Of a stretch of DNA of 64,000 bases, positions 38,516 through 56,130 are shown in pieces. Within the stretch, counting starts at the first letter, position 1. Every line of letters starts with the position of its first letter. The notes under the pieces are model-generated. The model ran no database searches, was not told the origin of the DNA, and saw nothing but the letters and a program-made list of their open reading frames with translations. Source of the DNA: the human T2T-CHM13v2.0 reference genome, Homo sapiens; NCBI RefSeq assembly GCF_009914755.1, contig NC_060947.1. The stretch is one strand, 5' to 3'. The position numbers and the translations under genes were made by a program.

Positions 38516-39429
38516 GATCCCAAAGAGGAGACTTTTTCTTTTTTCTCTTCCCCATTTTCCTTCCTATCCTCCTAATTTAGTTTTATCAGTTCTGTGAGAT
38601 TCATTTTCAATGTTGACATTATTATGACTGCTTAACTACGGTATTATTCACATCTGAGCCATGTAGTGTTCAATGATTTTATTTCCTTTCCTGTAAAACT
38701 TTGTTTTATCTCATTTTGTTATTTCATCATTTTCCCACTTTTTGATAGTAACATCTCCAAACTTTCCAACAGAAGTGTACATCTCTCATTATATTCAAAC
38801 ACATCGGGTTATCTAAACCTTTATTATCTTTTTTGAGATATCCACACTGGAGTTCTCTGTCCTATTTTTGGAAATGCTTATTTTCTAGTCCTTCTGAGTG
38901 TCTATCTTCCTGCGATTTCCCCTTCATCCTTATCCTGTAATTTCTCTTTGCTTTTCTCTTGTGTTGAATCTCCTATTTCCAAGATTGCTCCCTTCCACCC
39001 CCAGACTTTAAAAAAAAAATTCTTTATTTTGGTTTCACATATCTTCAGTAGCTTTTCTGAGAAAGGGTGGCAACATTTTTGAATCTTTTTTTTTTTCTAA
39101 AAACACCTTGTTTTACTCTTTCATTTGATAGCTTGCAATAGAAATAAAGGTTGGAAATAACTTCCCCTCTAATCTAGAGCTTCATTGTTTTCCGAATCCT
39201 AGTTTTTCTTTTGAGAAGTATATTGTGTTCTTATTTGTGTTCTTTTGTGTATAAACTGTTCTTCTTCTGTGAAAGCTTTAGGATCTTCTCTTTATCCCCT
39301 GACTTCAGAAACTTTATTGTTATGTCCAGGGATGATCTTTTTTGCTTTCATTGTTGTGGCTGCTTCATGGGCCCTTTCAGTCTCAATATGGATACTCATG
39401 TTCTACAGTGCTAGAATTTTTTTATATTG

Positions 39430-39460
<31 letters not shown>

Positions 39461-39466
39461 TATCAT
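39430..39466. repeat. (CAT)n microsatellite
   Basis: About 10 perfect CAT units. Confidence 0.95.
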
Positions 39467-39639
39467 TTCTTTCCCTCTGCTTTCCTCATTTCACTTCGGG
39501 CTTCCTGTTGGTTAGATGTTGGCTTTCCTAGATTAATAATCTAATTTTCTTATTTTTTCTTCCCAATATTGTTGACTATTCTGTGAGCTCCTCAACTCTG
39601 TTATTTCTTCTGCTTTTTTGTTTTACTTAACTGTTAAAT

Positions 39640-42010
39640 TTAAATACAGTAAAATTGGCCTGTTTTCTTATATAGTTCTATAATTTTGACAAACGCGTAA
39701 TCATGTAACCACTACCACAGTCGAGATGCAGAACAGTTCCAGTGCCCCCATTTATCCTTTCTCTTTGTAGTCAGCCCTTCAACCCTAACTACTGGCAAAA
39801 ACTAATCTGTTTTCCTTTCCTATAGTTTGGCCTTTTTCAATGTCATATAAATGCAGGCATACAGTGTGTAGCCTTTTGACTCATGTCTTTTTTTGCTTCG
39901 CATGTTACATTTGAGATACGTGTTCTTTTATGTATCAATATTTCATTATTTTCTATTCCTAGGAAGTATTCTATTGTTTGAATGTACCACAGTTTTTGTC
40001 CATTCACCAGCTGAAAAATGTTTAGATTGTTTCCAGTTTTGAGAGCTCATGATTATGGATAAAGCTACTATAAACATTCACATAGAGGTTTTGGTGTTAC
40101 CATTTCTCTTATGTAGTTACCTAGAAGTGGGATTGCTTGATCATATGGTAATTCTGTTCAATTTTATAAGAAACTGTTAAACTATTTTCCACAGTGGTTG
40201 TACTATTTTACATTCCCACTAGCAACGTATGAGAGTTCCAGTTCTATATCCTTTTCAACACTTGGTATTGTCAGTTAAAAAAATTATTTTAGTTAGTATG
40301 CAGTAGTATCTCATTAAAGACACACAAATGGCCAATAAGCAGATGAAAAGATGCTCAATATCATTAGCCACTGGGGAAATGCAAATCAAAACCACAGTGA
40401 GATACCACTTCACACCCACCAGGTTTACTATAATCAAAAGATGGAAAATAACAAGTGTTGATAAGAATCTAGAGAAAATGGAACCCTCATACACTATTGG
40501 TAAGAATGTAAAATGGTGCAGTTGCTCTGAAAAACAGTTCCTAACATTAGGTTAAATAGAGTTACCATATGATCCAGTAACTCCACTCCTAGGTATATAC
40601 CTAAGATAATTGAAAACATAAGTCCAAACAAAAACTTGCATGTGAATATTTATGGAAATATTATTCATAATAGCCCAAAAGTGGAAACAACCCAAATTTC
40701 TATCAACTAATGAATGGATAAACAAATTTTGGTTTATGCAGGGGATTGAACTATGTAGTGATGCACCATGCTCCAACATGGGTGGACTTTGAAAACCTTA
40801 TGCTAAGTAAAAGAAGCGAGTGACACAAGACCACATACTTTATGATCCCATTTGTTTGAAATGTTCAGAATATGGAAATCTATAGATTCAGGAAGTAGAT
40901 TAGTGGTTGTCTGGGGTTGGTGGGGATAGAGGGATTAGAGGTTGACAGCTACAGGATGCAGAGTTTTATTTTGGGATAAAGAGAATGTTCTAAAGTTGAT
41001 TATGGTGATGGATGCACAACTCTATACAACAAACCATTGAATTGTATACTTTAAGTGGGTGAATTATATGGTATGTGACATATCTGAAAGCTGTTAAATT
41101 TACCAGTTTTAAGAGTACAATTTAATTTTTAGTGAATATACAGAATTGTGCACATATCACCACAAAATAGTTTTAGAAGATTTTTATTATTCCAGAAAGA
41201 TTCTTTGTGCTTATTTGTAGTCAATGCCTATTTCCACTCCAGCCCCGGGCAACCACTTCATCTGCTTTCTGTCTCTAGATTTACCCTTTTGGCATATTTC
41301 ATATAAATGGAATCATATTCCTTTTGAAATCATACAGTTTTTGCTTCCATCTTCTTAGGACCAGTTTCTCCAATCCTTGTTAATGCTTGTTACTGTCTGT
41401 ATTGTTTATTACAGCTATCCTGGTAGGTATGTAATGATGTCTTATTGTGGTTCTAATTTTCATTTTCCTAAAGATCAATGATTTTGAATATCTTTTTATG
41501 TGCTCATTAGTCATTCTTATATCTTTGGTGAAATGTGTATTCAAATCTTTTGTCTATTTAAGAAATTGGATTTTTTTTATTGTTGACTTTTCAGAGTTCT
41601 TTATATATTTTGGTACAAAGTTTTTCTGGTTAGATATGTGATGTAAAAATATTTTATTCCAGTCTATGGCTTGTATTTTCATTCTCCTAACAATGTCATT
41701 TGCAGAGCAAAAGTTTTTAATTTTGATAAAATCGAGTTAATTTTTTTTTCTATTATGTATCTGAGAACTCACTGCCTAACCCAGGATCTTAAAGATTTTC
41801 TCCTATGTTTTATTTTTTAAAATTTTGAAGTTTTATTTTACATTTATACCACTTTGAGTTAATTATAGTACAAGGTGTGAGGTATAGGTTGAGGATCCTT
41901 TTTTTTGCATGTGGATGGTCAATTGTTCTGGCACCACTTGATGAAAATGCTATCTTTTTTCTATTCAACTGATTTTGCACCTTTGTCAAAAATCAATGGA
42001 CCATATTTGT
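39640..42010 (-). mobile_element. Old L1M fragments with an oppositely oriented L1 3' end nested at about 40315-41100
   Basis: ORF 40328-40555 MANKQMKRCSISLATGEMQIKTTVRYHFTP (+) lies within antisense L1 3' sequence. Confidence 0.8.
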
Positions 42011-42303
42011 GTGGATCTACTTCTGTGTGCTTCCCTGTGTGTTAACTTTTCTCTTGCTCTGTCTCCTTTTGTCTTCCTGTCCCTACTTGTGTTTTTTTTT
42101 CAGTTTTCTATTACTTTTCTGATTCTCTCCCTCCTTCTCCTGATTTTCCCTTCCCCCATTCCCTTCCTCAAAATGAAGCATTTAGATTGCATTGTTTTAT
42201 ATATCATACTTATTTTTAGTTTAAAAAGCAGATGTGAAGCATTTGTGTTTTTCTTTACAAGTACAATATGCTGGAAACAAATTAACTTTTAAATTATAAT
42301 CCC

Positions 42304-42572
42304 TTTTTTTTTTTTTGAGACGGAGTCTCGCTCTGTTGCCCAGGCTGGAGTGCAGTGGTGTGATCTCGGCTCATGCCATTCTCCTGCCTCAGCCTCCCAA
42401 GTAGCTGGGACTACAGGCGCCCACCACCACGCCCAGCTAATTTTTTGTATTTTTAGTAGAGATGGGGTTTCACCGTGTTAGGCAGGATAGTCTCGATCTC
42501 CTGACCTCGTGATCTGCCTGCCTTGGCCTCCCAAAGGGCTGGGATCACAGGCGTGAGCCATTGTGCCTGACC
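42304..42572 (-). mobile_element. AluY-like with internal deletion
   Basis: TSD aaattataa(t/c)cc. Confidence 0.95.
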
Positions 42573-42718
42573 AAATTATAACCCTTAATTAATTTTTCTC
42601 AGTGAATTAGTGACCTTAACGAAAGATGGCAATCTCTCTTCCCAAACTGTGTGTTTCAGAACTTCTGCAAAAGGCATCACTTCTCCAGTGTTACAGTTTC
42701 TTTAAAAAAGAAATTAGT

Positions 42719-43020
42719 GGCTGGACATGGTGGCTCATGCCTCTAATTCCAGCACATTGTGAAGCTGAGGTGGGAGGATAGCTTTAACCCAGGAGTTCGA
42801 GACCAGCTGGGCAATGTGGCAAGACCCCATCTCTACAGAAAATAGAAAAATTAGCTGGGTGTGGTGGTGGCATGCACCTGTGGTCTTAGCTACTTGGGAG
42901 GCTGAGGCAGGAGGATTGTTTGAGCCCAGGAGGTTGAGGCTGCAGTCAGCTGTGTTCACACCACTGCACTTGCACTTCAGCCTGGGTGACAGAGTGAGAC
43001 ACTTTAAAAAAATAAAAAGA
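42719..43020 (+). mobile_element. AluJ-like
   Basis: Sense Alu. Confidence 0.9.
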
Positions 43021-44220
43021 AATTAAGGTAATTTCAAATTGGCATGCAAAGGAAGTCAAGATTTATTCCTTTTTTACCATGTCAAACATTATTTCATTCC
43101 CAAATTATAAAATATTGCTGCTTTTCCTAGAGGGAGCAGTCATGATTACTACTGGATCCACAGATACAAAAAAAAAAAAAAAAGGAAAAAACAATTTTGA
43201 AAGCAGCTTAATGTTGTGCCTTCTCTAAAGCCAGCTTTTGACCTATTTATTTTTAATACTTAAAAAATGTAAGAAAGGAATTGGATTTTTGCATTTAAAT
43301 AAAAATAAAAGACACTAGATAGTATAGATAATAGGAACAAATAAAACAAGCAATTGGGCCTGCCTTTGGCACTTAGTATTTTCTTTGGTTTTCTCAGAAT
43401 CCAGAGTAATGTGTCTGGAAAAGTACACTAGTAAAACATTGAAACACATCTCTCATTGTCCAACTCATCTCATACTCTACCATACCATTTCAAATGTAGT
43501 CTATCCATTTGTGGATATTTTCATGCTGCTTCCATTTAAATTTTTATTTCCATTTTTAAAGAAACACACTTTTTTGCATTTTTCTTTTTTATTGGTGCCA
43601 TATAGTAGTTTGGAGGCATTAGTCAAGAATTGTATAAAGTTTCCCTAGCATGGCTAATAAGATTTAGTTTCTGTGATCCTGGCAGAGATTATTATCTAGA
43701 ATTAAATGAGAAGATTACTTCAACCCTATATCTGAAATATCCAGGTAATAGCCTTGGCACTTAGCTTGAACTGTGCCCTCTGCCGCTATAGATTAAGGGA
43801 AGTTCCTTCTCCTTTTTTGTGTTTATTAAAAAGGTATTAATGCAAATGCTTACTGGTTAACTAGGTTCATGAAGATTCTGTCCCTCCATGTTTCCCTGAA
43901 ACTATGAAAGGAGCAGGGAATTTGGGGAGAGACTGTAGTTGAAAATTCAGCTAGAGATCTTAAAGCAATTCTTCAAGCAATGTAATGTGGACCAGGCTGC
44001 ATCCTACACACCTGAGCCTTATTGTAGTCCCTTTTCAGCCTCGTGCAGCAGTTGCCCCGAGTTAAGCTGCAAAGTCAGTTTCCTTCTAGACCCAAAGCTC
44101 AGCTGCTTATGCATACTTTTCTCAACCTTGGTCTGATTGGGTTAGATTGGGTTAATTCCACTCTTTCCCAAGGAGGTAACTCTAAGTACTTTCTCCCTCC
44201 CTCCCATGTCTCCTGCTTAG

Positions 44221-44700
<480 letters not shown>

Positions 44701-45208
44701 TAGTTTGCCAGAAGAAACAAAAAAATTCCCCTGCTTTCTAGTGAAAACATCGGGCCTGTCAAGGTCCTAGAGAGAAGCTGCCTGCTCTTATTAGCTTGGT
44801 GCATGCCTTTGCTGAATAGTCTATATTGCTGAACCTTTGCTATCTTTTCTGTTTTTTTAAATGCCAGTTTGTAATGTAGGAGGGGTAAGATAAGGAGGCT
44901 AAAGACAACTTTGAAATATATCTTGATCCTTTGTAAGCATCCCCTGCTTCCTCTAATTTTAATGCCTAAGAAAAAAATTATAGGCTGTGCACATAAGGAG
45001 TAGAAAAGGGGATGGGGCATGACAGTCATCCTTCCCCCATTTCGTTGAAGATGATATTAAAAAAACTTTTAGTAAGATGATTTAATTTCCCAATTTCCTA
45101 CATATGTTCTGAATAAGGAAGCCTTAAGTGTCCAGTTCATAGTCTTGATTTAGAAGTGCCTATTTTAAATGACTACTGACAGTGGGCTGGTCTTTCTCTT
45201 CTTTTTAG

Positions 45209-45397
<189 letters not shown>

Positions 45398-46169
45398 TAG
45401 CAAATATATAATTCCCAACTGGCTCCCTTCCCAGTAGCTAACATGCTTCTTGAGCCTCTGCTAGAATTAGGTTGTTTAGGACTCTAATTAAAAATCAAGA
45501 ATAATCTACATTTTCCCACTACTTACCTCGTCCTACGCCAAGAACTCCAGACCCTAAAAAGTTATGTTTTGATTGCTGTTTTATATTATCCATACAGTTT
45601 TATTGAACAATTAATAATAGTTCATGAAAGGTTTGGCTCTGTTAATATTTTGCAATGCATATTTTAAAATACGTAAAAATGGGAACCCCCTCTATTTTCT
45701 TGCTTAATCCTGTGTACAATAATCTTCAGCCAGTCAATTTGAGGAATCTTGTAAAACTTAATTGTAAGGGAACAAATGAGTCTAAGTATCTAGTCTTTCC
45801 ATGTCACAAATTGTATAATTAGAGCTCTGCCACTAATGATTAACTTTAGGTAAAACAACTTACAGAAGACATATTTGTACACCTTCATGTATTTGAATTC
45901 TTGTTAATGAAATTGGAGGCTTCCTTTTCTTTTTTTTTTTTTTAAACACTTCTGGCCCTTGCAGTGCTATTTGTTTCTTCTGTTTATTGTGGGTATTCGC
46001 CTGCTGTTCGAGTTTTACTCCTAATTTTCTCAACTGGTTTCAGTGAATTTTAAAACTATGTGAAGACTTCTTGACTTAAAAGCTTGTTACCTTGAAGTTC
46101 ATTGTAGTCTTCTCTACACCTGGGGAAAGGATTATTAGTAACATTACTTCAAATGCAAGGCCATAGTGT

Positions 46170-46635
<466 letters not shown>

Positions 46636-46851
46636 TTTGAGTAACAAAGATGTGTGTAAAATTTTAAAACTACGTAAATGAATCTCAATTCAGTACTGAG
46701 TGATAGAAACCAGACCCCATGCAAAGTTTATACTGTTTGATTTCCCTTATATAAAACTCTAGAAAAAATACAAGCCAATCTGTAGTGACAGAAAGCAGAT
46801 CAGTGGTTATATGTCAGTTATAGAGGGGCACAAGGGTACTTACGGAAGTGA

Positions 46852-47240
<389 letters not shown>

Positions 47241-47918
47241 TGTATGTCATTTATATCTCAAAACTTTTTAAAAGGAAAATTTAAATGATTTTTTAAAAGT
47301 CTAGTGATATGTATCCATGGAACTAGAAATAAATCTATTACAGTCCCTGAGTTTAATTTCATTTTTATTGAGGCATATTTTACATTCAATAAAACTCGTC
47401 ATTTTAAGTTTACCATTTTTAGTTTTGGAGATGATATGCAATCATGGAACTACCACTGCAGTCAAGATATAGAATGTTTCCGTCACCCCTAAAAGGTTCG
47501 CTTGTCCCATGGTCTTTTTAGAAACTAATGAAATTCTCTTTAAAGTTCCTCAGTTTAATTTTGTAAATGCATGTTTTGTCAAATTTGAAATCCTTAGAAA
47601 TACTGGTCTTGCTTGATTTATGAAAATTGTCATTACTTAAATTGGCATTTCAAATGAAACTCGAAAGCATACCATTTGATGAAATGCACTGGTATGTGGA
47701 TATGCCAGGACCAATTCCTAAGATACTTTTATACTCCAGCTTTTCTCCACTCATGACTTTTGTGTATGTGCAAATCTTCTTGAGGTGCTGTGCAAAGTAG
47801 ATACTTACACCATAATTGTTGAGCTGAGCAAAAAACGCATTGCAGGATAATGTAGAATATAATCAGATTTCAGTAATGCTGTGTATTTGGTTAAGTTGAG
47901 TTTGTTTTATTTTTGAAG

Positions 47919-47969
47919 TATGTGGAGGGATCTTTTGAGAAATACCTGGAACGGTTGGGAGATCCCAAG
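47919..47969 (+). CDS. ALG13: ALG13 exon 6 (YVEGSFEKYLERLGDPK)
   Basis: 51 nt, AG/GTAAGA. Confidence 0.96.
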
Positions 47970-48727
47970 GTAAGATCAAATATGGGGGTTTAATCTTTTC
48001 AGAGTTATTTGGAATAGTAATGTAAATTTATTCATTCAACTGTATTATTTTAGCCAGACCCCAAATATTTTATTTAGTAGCCAGCTGTGTTGAATCCAAT
48101 AGTTCTCACATAAGTTTAGAGGCTGGCAATTGACCAATTGTTTTGTGTTGAATATTGATAATTGTGTGTTAATCCCATCAACCATAGACTAGCAAAAGAG
48201 TATACACTACTTGGAAACAGGACAAGCTTAAGCCTTTTCACTTTAACGGGGGAGGAGGGTGGTAATGAATTTTACCAAGAGGTCATTATTTTGTTATTAA
48301 ACAATTCCCCTGATTTGTAGTTGTCTTCCTCTTATGTGGGAGTAAAATTCATAAATTCATGCTTTATTTAGAAATAATTTTTATGTGATAAAGTTAATTC
48401 CATAGTTCTGGACTTAAAAAAGCACATTTACTAAATCCCTACTGCCTTTTTATTATACTAGTTCCATTTTTATTGTGTTTTTAAAATCTCTCCTATTAAC
48501 TGTCCTTATTACTTAATGGCTAAGTAGGGCTTTAGATCCTTCTTTCAGGATAAGTTTATGTTAATAAGTAGCTATCACAGTATTCCAAGCCTTAAAACAG
48601 GTTATAGTGTGTTCTACAAATTCTTCATCTAAAACAGTGCTAAGCAGCTAAAAATTTGTTGTGCTTGAAAAAACTACCTCCTAGCTACAGAATGTTTTTT
48701 AAAACTCAATACACTATTTATGTTTAG

Positions 48728-48774
48728 GAAAGTGCTGGCCAGCTGGAAATAAGAGCTCTTTCTCTAATTTATAA
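48728..48774 (+). CDS. ALG13: ALG13 exon 7 (ESAGQLEIRALSLIY)
   Basis: 47 nt, AG/GTAAGT. Confidence 0.96.
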
Positions 48775-48894
48775 GTAAGTTATATCCTCTTTTCTTTGAG
48801 AGTGGGTATGTGCATGCATGTGTGTATAAGATCTCAACGGTCTCTTCAGGATTGGGGAAATTTGAGATTTGATGTATTGATACCTAGAATGAAG

Positions 48895-49150
48895 AAAGCT
48901 AAGAAAAAGTGTTAAAATATTTTAAATGGTTGAAAAGTCAAAAGAAGAATGTTTCATGGGATGGAAAAATTATATAAAATTCAGATTTCAGTGTCTGTAA
49001 AGCTTTGTTGGAACACAGTTATGCTCATTCACTTACGCATTGTCTGTGGCTGCTTTCATGCTACCAAAGCAAAGTTGAATAAACCATATAGTCTGCAAAA
49101 GCTGAAATGCCTATTTTCTAGCCTTTTGCCAAAAAAATTGCCAACCTCTG
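48895..49150. mobile_element. MER58B-like DNA transposon
   Basis: aaaattatataaaattcagatttcagtgtc...ggaacacag...ttgccaacctctg. Confidence 0.7.
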
Positions 49151-49328
49151 CTTTAAATAAAGGAGAGCACCATCCCCCAACTCACAGACATACATACAAT
49201 TGATAATTGGTTGTCTTTACCCCTTCTCCTCCCAAATTAAGATACATAAAAAAAAATCCATAGGACTTTAGGGGCAATTAGCTGTCTACCTTGAATTAAC
49301 ATCATTTAGCCCTTTTGGGTTATTTTAA

Positions 49329-49550
<222 letters not shown>

Positions 49551-51672
49551 TGAGTGAATGTTGACTTATATAAAAGAAGTTGAATGATGCTTCTGGCTTG
49601 CCTGGATATTAAATCATTTTTAACCTAATTAATGAAAAGCATAGTCTGAATGACAGGTTTCTCTGTTACTAGCATTTTCCTCTCTAGTCAGTTAATCTCA
49701 GTGTTGTTAGCCCTCTAAACAGACCTGATCGTCATTTCTCTGTGATAGGAAAAAAGCCACCCCAAACCCTAATTGGCTTCTCAATGACTAAAAAGGATAA
49801 GGTTCAAACTTTGAAGCTAGGCATTCAGCATCCTGAAAGGTCCCAAACCAGCTTCATTTTCTTCCATCCTTATTATGCCATGCTTCCAGGTATTCTGCTT
49901 TTCATACTTTGTGTCTTTGTATTTGAAACTTTCCCAATGCCCCTGGAGTCATTTTCTCACTTTGTGCTCCCTTAGCAGCTCCCAAGTAATTGTAGTGTTT
50001 ATTATATTGTGTTTGTTTTCATATGTATTTCTTTCATTATCTGAAAGTTTCTTGAGGGAAGTGACAGTGTCTACTACTGCCTGGTAAAGTACTTGATTGT
50101 TAGTTGAGAATACTCAGCAGATAAATTGTTTGTCAGCATACAGCTTCTCCAAAAAGTTTATAAAAGAAAAGCCCTTTATCCTGATTATTTTATTAGTGAA
50201 ATATAGACTACACAATGTTTGAGTTCTATATGTCTTATTTCACAACATGGAACACAATTTAGACACAATTCTAATGATGGCATGACAAGACTGGAGACCA
50301 GGAGAACTGTTAGGATGCTGTTACGATAATCGAGGGTGAATACCTGAACTAAGGAGAAGTAGCATTAGGAATAGAGAAGACTGAATAGGAGATAACTTAG
50401 AAGATAAGTATGAACGGGGTACGTTAATTATCTCTTTTCTGAGCTTTGGGGACACCAAAATGAATACAGTGAAATCCTTGCCCTCCAAGAGCTTAAGGGA
50501 CAATGAAGACAGACCTGCAAAGGGTTAATTACAGCAAAGTGGTAAGTTTTATAATAAAAAAAATTGTGCTAAAAGCATAAGGGAAAAAGCCCTTCTTTCT
50601 GCTTGAGGGAGTTTAGAAAGCTTCATGGTGGTAGTGACATTTAAGTGGAGTATAAAAGAGTCCATCAAATATGAAGAGCAGTCTATTCAGAGGAAACACT
50701 ATATACAGAGGCATAGAAGCAAGAGACCCTTTGGGAGTTAAGTAGTTGGATGTGAGGAGGATGATGCTGGAAAGATAGTCTAGAGTTACATAGTAAGAGG
50801 TAGAGCAGGCCATGCCAAATAATTTGTCTTTTCATTGTACAGAATAGTCATTTGAAACTTTTTCCCAACGTTTTATTATGATGTTCAAACATACAGAAAA
50901 GTTAAAAGAATTTTACAGTGAGCATCCATATACCTACCCACCACCTAGAGTCTGCTGTTAACATCTTAGTATTCTTATCACATATCTATTCCTCGATCCA
51001 TTCATCTGTCCATCTTTCTTTTTTGATATATTTTAAAGTAAATTTCAGACACCAGAAAACTTGACCCTAAATGCTAATGGAAAGTTTTTAGGCAAAGGTG
51101 TGACATAATCTGAATTGTTTGAGGAAGAGGAGTGTTAACTTTTGTATCTAAGCAGTTGTACATAGCATTGCTTGAGATGAAATTTGGATCTTTACCAGGG
51201 ATCTTTAAACTCCCAGTTCAGTTTTTCCTCAACATTGTATTCTGAAATTTTTCATACAGAGAGAAGTATGAAGACTCATGCAGTAAACATTCATGTACCC
51301 ACCACTTAGTTCCTACAATTACACAGTTCCATTTATAAATGTCTTGTGTATCTTACAGAGAGATTATTTAGCTAATTTAGGGGGAACGTTACCCATTGGG
51401 AACCATGAGAATACAAAAATTTCAGACCTTTTGAGTGTGTACAACCTACAAATATCCATACATGTATACAGAGCTAATACTTACCAGCACTTGGGTATTT
51501 TCATGTACAGGATAGTGCATATATATGTCTGATTTGGGAATTTATGAAGTGGGAGTGTGTGTTTATATTGAAAAGCCAGGTGCTTTTATTTTGTGATGCT
51601 TTGCTTTGCCTAAAACTTTGTTGCTTTATCTCAGTTCACACTCCTAAGATTGGCATCAGGATTGAATTTTTA

Positions 51673-52059
<387 letters not shown>

Positions 52060-53173
52060 CTAATATTCACTTTGGCATCTTTCATCTTGTGTGTTGACTT
52101 AATTCTGCATTCTACATAGTTATCTTCAGTTTCTTAAGTGTATTCAGCTGAAATCGAGCCATCTTCACTCAGCTCATTTGCTCTATCTAGATAGAAGTAC
52201 ATACTTACATTAAAAAGAAAATAAAATTAAGTCTTGAAATGTAGAGTAAGAAAGTCCCCACTCATCCTCTTCAATTTTATGCCCTTCAAAGTAACAAGTA
52301 TTGGTTCTCATGCACTTCAAAGTAACAAACTATTAAGTATTGGTGAGTATCTTTCTGTATCATTTTATTTGTGTTTGTCTTTTAAATGTAAATGGGCCCA
52401 TATTTAACATTGTTACTTGTTCTTTTTAAATATCCTTCTTAGTAATATAGATCTACCCCATTTTTTCACTAGTTTACTGCCATTAATTACATCCCATCTG
52501 CCCACTCCCAACCACCCACAAGTATGTATGAATTACTTTCATGTTGGGAAAGCCATCATGCCTTGTTTTGCCTCTTCCAGTCAAAATGGAAATTCTTGCC
52601 ACTTGAATAGAGAAATTATATAGTTGTCTGTCTTCTTTCTATAAGAACTGCTTATTCATCACTCTGGTTAACTGGATTCCTTTATTCCTTAACAACTGCC
52701 TCTAAGTTATTAATATTTCTTAGAGTTCCCAGTTCTTGTAGCCCAAAGTACAAAGGATTTCTCTGCTCAAAATCTGCTCACTGTTCTTATGGGTTAATAA
52801 ACTCTTAAATGCAAATACCCCTTGTGGTGGGAGAAACTTATAACTTAAACTTTACTGTGAGTTACTTAAGCTTGACACTTGACTTCAGTACTTTGAAATG
52901 GATTATTACTGAAATAGAATTGTGATTTCCAAAAAGACAAGTGAAGAATAATAGACCTGGGATCAAATAACTGGATTATTGGGAGAAGTTAGCCCAGGGA
53001 AGAGTAGGAAGACAGAAAAAAAGAATGCTTAGGATAATTTTTTTTTCTGCCAAGGAGGCTTGGTGGCAACATCTTTCCACAGATTGCAGAATCATTTTGA
53101 GTAACTCAGGTTGCTGATACCTTCAAAATGGAAGAACCTTAATCACTAGGGATTATATCCCTTATATAAGACA

Positions 53174-53344
53174 TTTTTTTTTGTTTTTTTTTTAAGAGAT
53201 GGGGATCTCACTATGTTGCCTAGGCTGGAGTGTGGTGGCTATTCACAGGTGAGATCATAGCACACTATAGCTTCAAACCCCTGGGCTCAAGTGACCCTCC
53301 TGCTGTAGTAGCTGAGACTATAGGCACACACCATCCCACCTGGT
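53174..53344 (-). mobile_element. Alu monomer (FAM/FLAM-like)
   Basis: ggagtgtggtggctattcacagg 7SL-like segment. Confidence 0.8.
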
Positions 53345-54089
53345 GAAGACAGATTTTTTCAACAAAAATTCAGAAAGGTTTTGGAACAGTTATATAAACA
53401 AATTTCATCACATGCAACATTTTGACTGAAAAAATTTTGCTTAACAAGCATGGCCTTTGAATTGTTTTGGGAAAAAAAAACCTCTAGGGATTCAGGGAAT
53501 CAGCTCAGACGTTAAACTGTCATTTTTGTAGCCTGAGATGTGCCTTAATTCATTGAGGAAGTCTCTCTAGCAGTATTGGTGCTATATAGTGTATTGATAT
53601 ATTGCTATTCAGTTAAATGGATAACTTTCGAAATAATTGAATAAAATCCCTTTCCTCCCTTAGTCTGAGTTTGGAGTATTTGGGTATTTGACCTAATTTT
53701 TCCAGTCATTCTTGGAAGTTAGCTGGGTCTTTTGGCATCTGTTAGGCTTTCTGTTATGTTCAATAACTCAATTTCTAAGTGTTCCTTTTTTTTTTTTTTT
53801 TTTTAGCAAATTTGTAAATCAGGACTTGTTTGGTATATTAATGTGATTGAGGCTCACAGTGTAACCTTAGTAGTGATTTTAATCTTGGCATTTAAAAGTC
53901 ACTGCCAAGAAAATCTCTATGAGGTACAGGTTGCATTTCCTTATATTTAGATTTTAAAAATCACTTTAAAAAAATTCAGTTAGTTATCAGTTACTGACTA
54001 CTGACTCAATTTCAAGTTAATTATCATCTTAATTTCATGGTTTTAAGATGTGTAACATTCACTTAATTGTTCTGTGTGTTTTTCTTTAG

Positions 54090-54171
54090 ATTCTACTCTG
54101 CTACTCAAGTAGTGGTCACTATGATTCTGTGTACTCAAAACAATTTCAGTCAAGTGCAGCTGTTTGTCAGG
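54090..54171 (+). CDS. ALG13: ALG13 exon 9 (ILLCYSSSGHYDSVY...VCQ)
   Basis: 82 nt; OTU His box GHYD, His345 at 54117-54119. Confidence 0.96.
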
Positions 54172-54213
54172 GTATGTGAAGGCTTTATAAATTGTGGGTG
54201 TGATTTCAGATGA

Positions 54214-54519
<306 letters not shown>

Positions 54520-55202
54520 TAATAAAGGGAAAGGGGATATCATGATAATTATGTTTCATACTTCTGTGCATAATCATTTGAAAGTGGAAGGGGCCTGGCA
54601 AGCTTATGAGTTAGGTTACATATTCACACGTACACATATGTTAGGATATATATTTTTAATGGGGGGAGAGTTTTACCAAAGAGATGTGTCGTGAGATGCC
54701 CAGACTTGGGGGTTTTGTTCAGGTCCGTTTTGTATTGCTAGAAGAAACTTCAGAACTATCTAATTACATGATTCTCAAACTTTAGTTGTATAAGAATTAT
54801 AGTGCTTGTTAGAAAGGCAGGTTCCTGGGCCTACTGTCACAAAATTTGAGGTCAGGATGGGACCAGGAATCTGTTTTTTAAACAAGTGTGCCTAAGCATT
54901 CTGATGTAGGTAGGCTGTGGATCATACTTTGAGAAAATACTGATTCTAAAGTAGCACCATCATTTTCTAGGTAATAACTGAGGTTAGTTGACACATCCAG
55001 CCAGTAGAAAATTTCTCAGTGTAAGTTTTGGGAGTGTTTTAGTGTCTGCCTTTGGTATGCACTGTGAGTGTGCCTCTGAGGAAACAACTGTTGAACAGCT
55101 CTAGTTGAACACTTTGGGTTTGAAATAATAAAGTACATGTCTTATATTTCTTCCTAATTCCTAGTTCTGCCTGCAAATTCAGATAGGTTTGGTGCTAGGT
55201 AA

Positions 55203-55567
<365 letters not shown>

Positions 55568-55704
55568 AGAAGAGGGTTTTTAAAGCTTATTTGGGACTGC
55601 CAGGAGTGGCAACCATGTATTAGGGTAAAGGTTGCTTCACTCTTCACTGATCACTTGTCTTAAGGACTTCAGGCTTACGGAAACTACAGTAGTCGGAAAG
55701 CAAG

Positions 55705-56130
55705 GTGTATTAGTTATGTTTTGCTGTGTAGCAATGTTACTACAAACTTGCCAGCTTAAAACAGCACATTTTTCTCACAATTTATGTGGATTAGGAATCT
55801 GGACACGGCTTAGCTAGATCTTCTGCTGAGTGTCTCATAAGACTGTAATGAGGATGTTGGTCAGGACTGAGTTCTTATCTGGAGCTTTGACTGGAGAAAA
55901 GTCTACTTCCCCACTCATGGTTCTTGGCAGCATTCAGTTCCTTCGAGCTATAGGACTGAGAGCTTCAAGTTTTTGCTGTCAGTTGGCAGAAGTAACCCTC
56001 AGCTCTGCTACATTGCAGTGGTGAATATGGCTGTTTGCTTCCTTATAGGCAGCAGAGGAGAGAGAGAGACCAGTAAAATGAATGAGGCAGGGATCATAGG
56101 GATCACCCTAAGAGTGTGTTCTCACAGGAG
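55705..56130. mobile_element. MLT1 (MaLR) LTR
   Basis: tgtattagtt...gcttaaaacagcacatt...ttggcagcattcagttcctt. Confidence 0.75.

Noticed and set aside
39245-39544. Poly-His ORF
   Set aside because: (CAT)n repeat in an intron, non-ATG start, no splice support.
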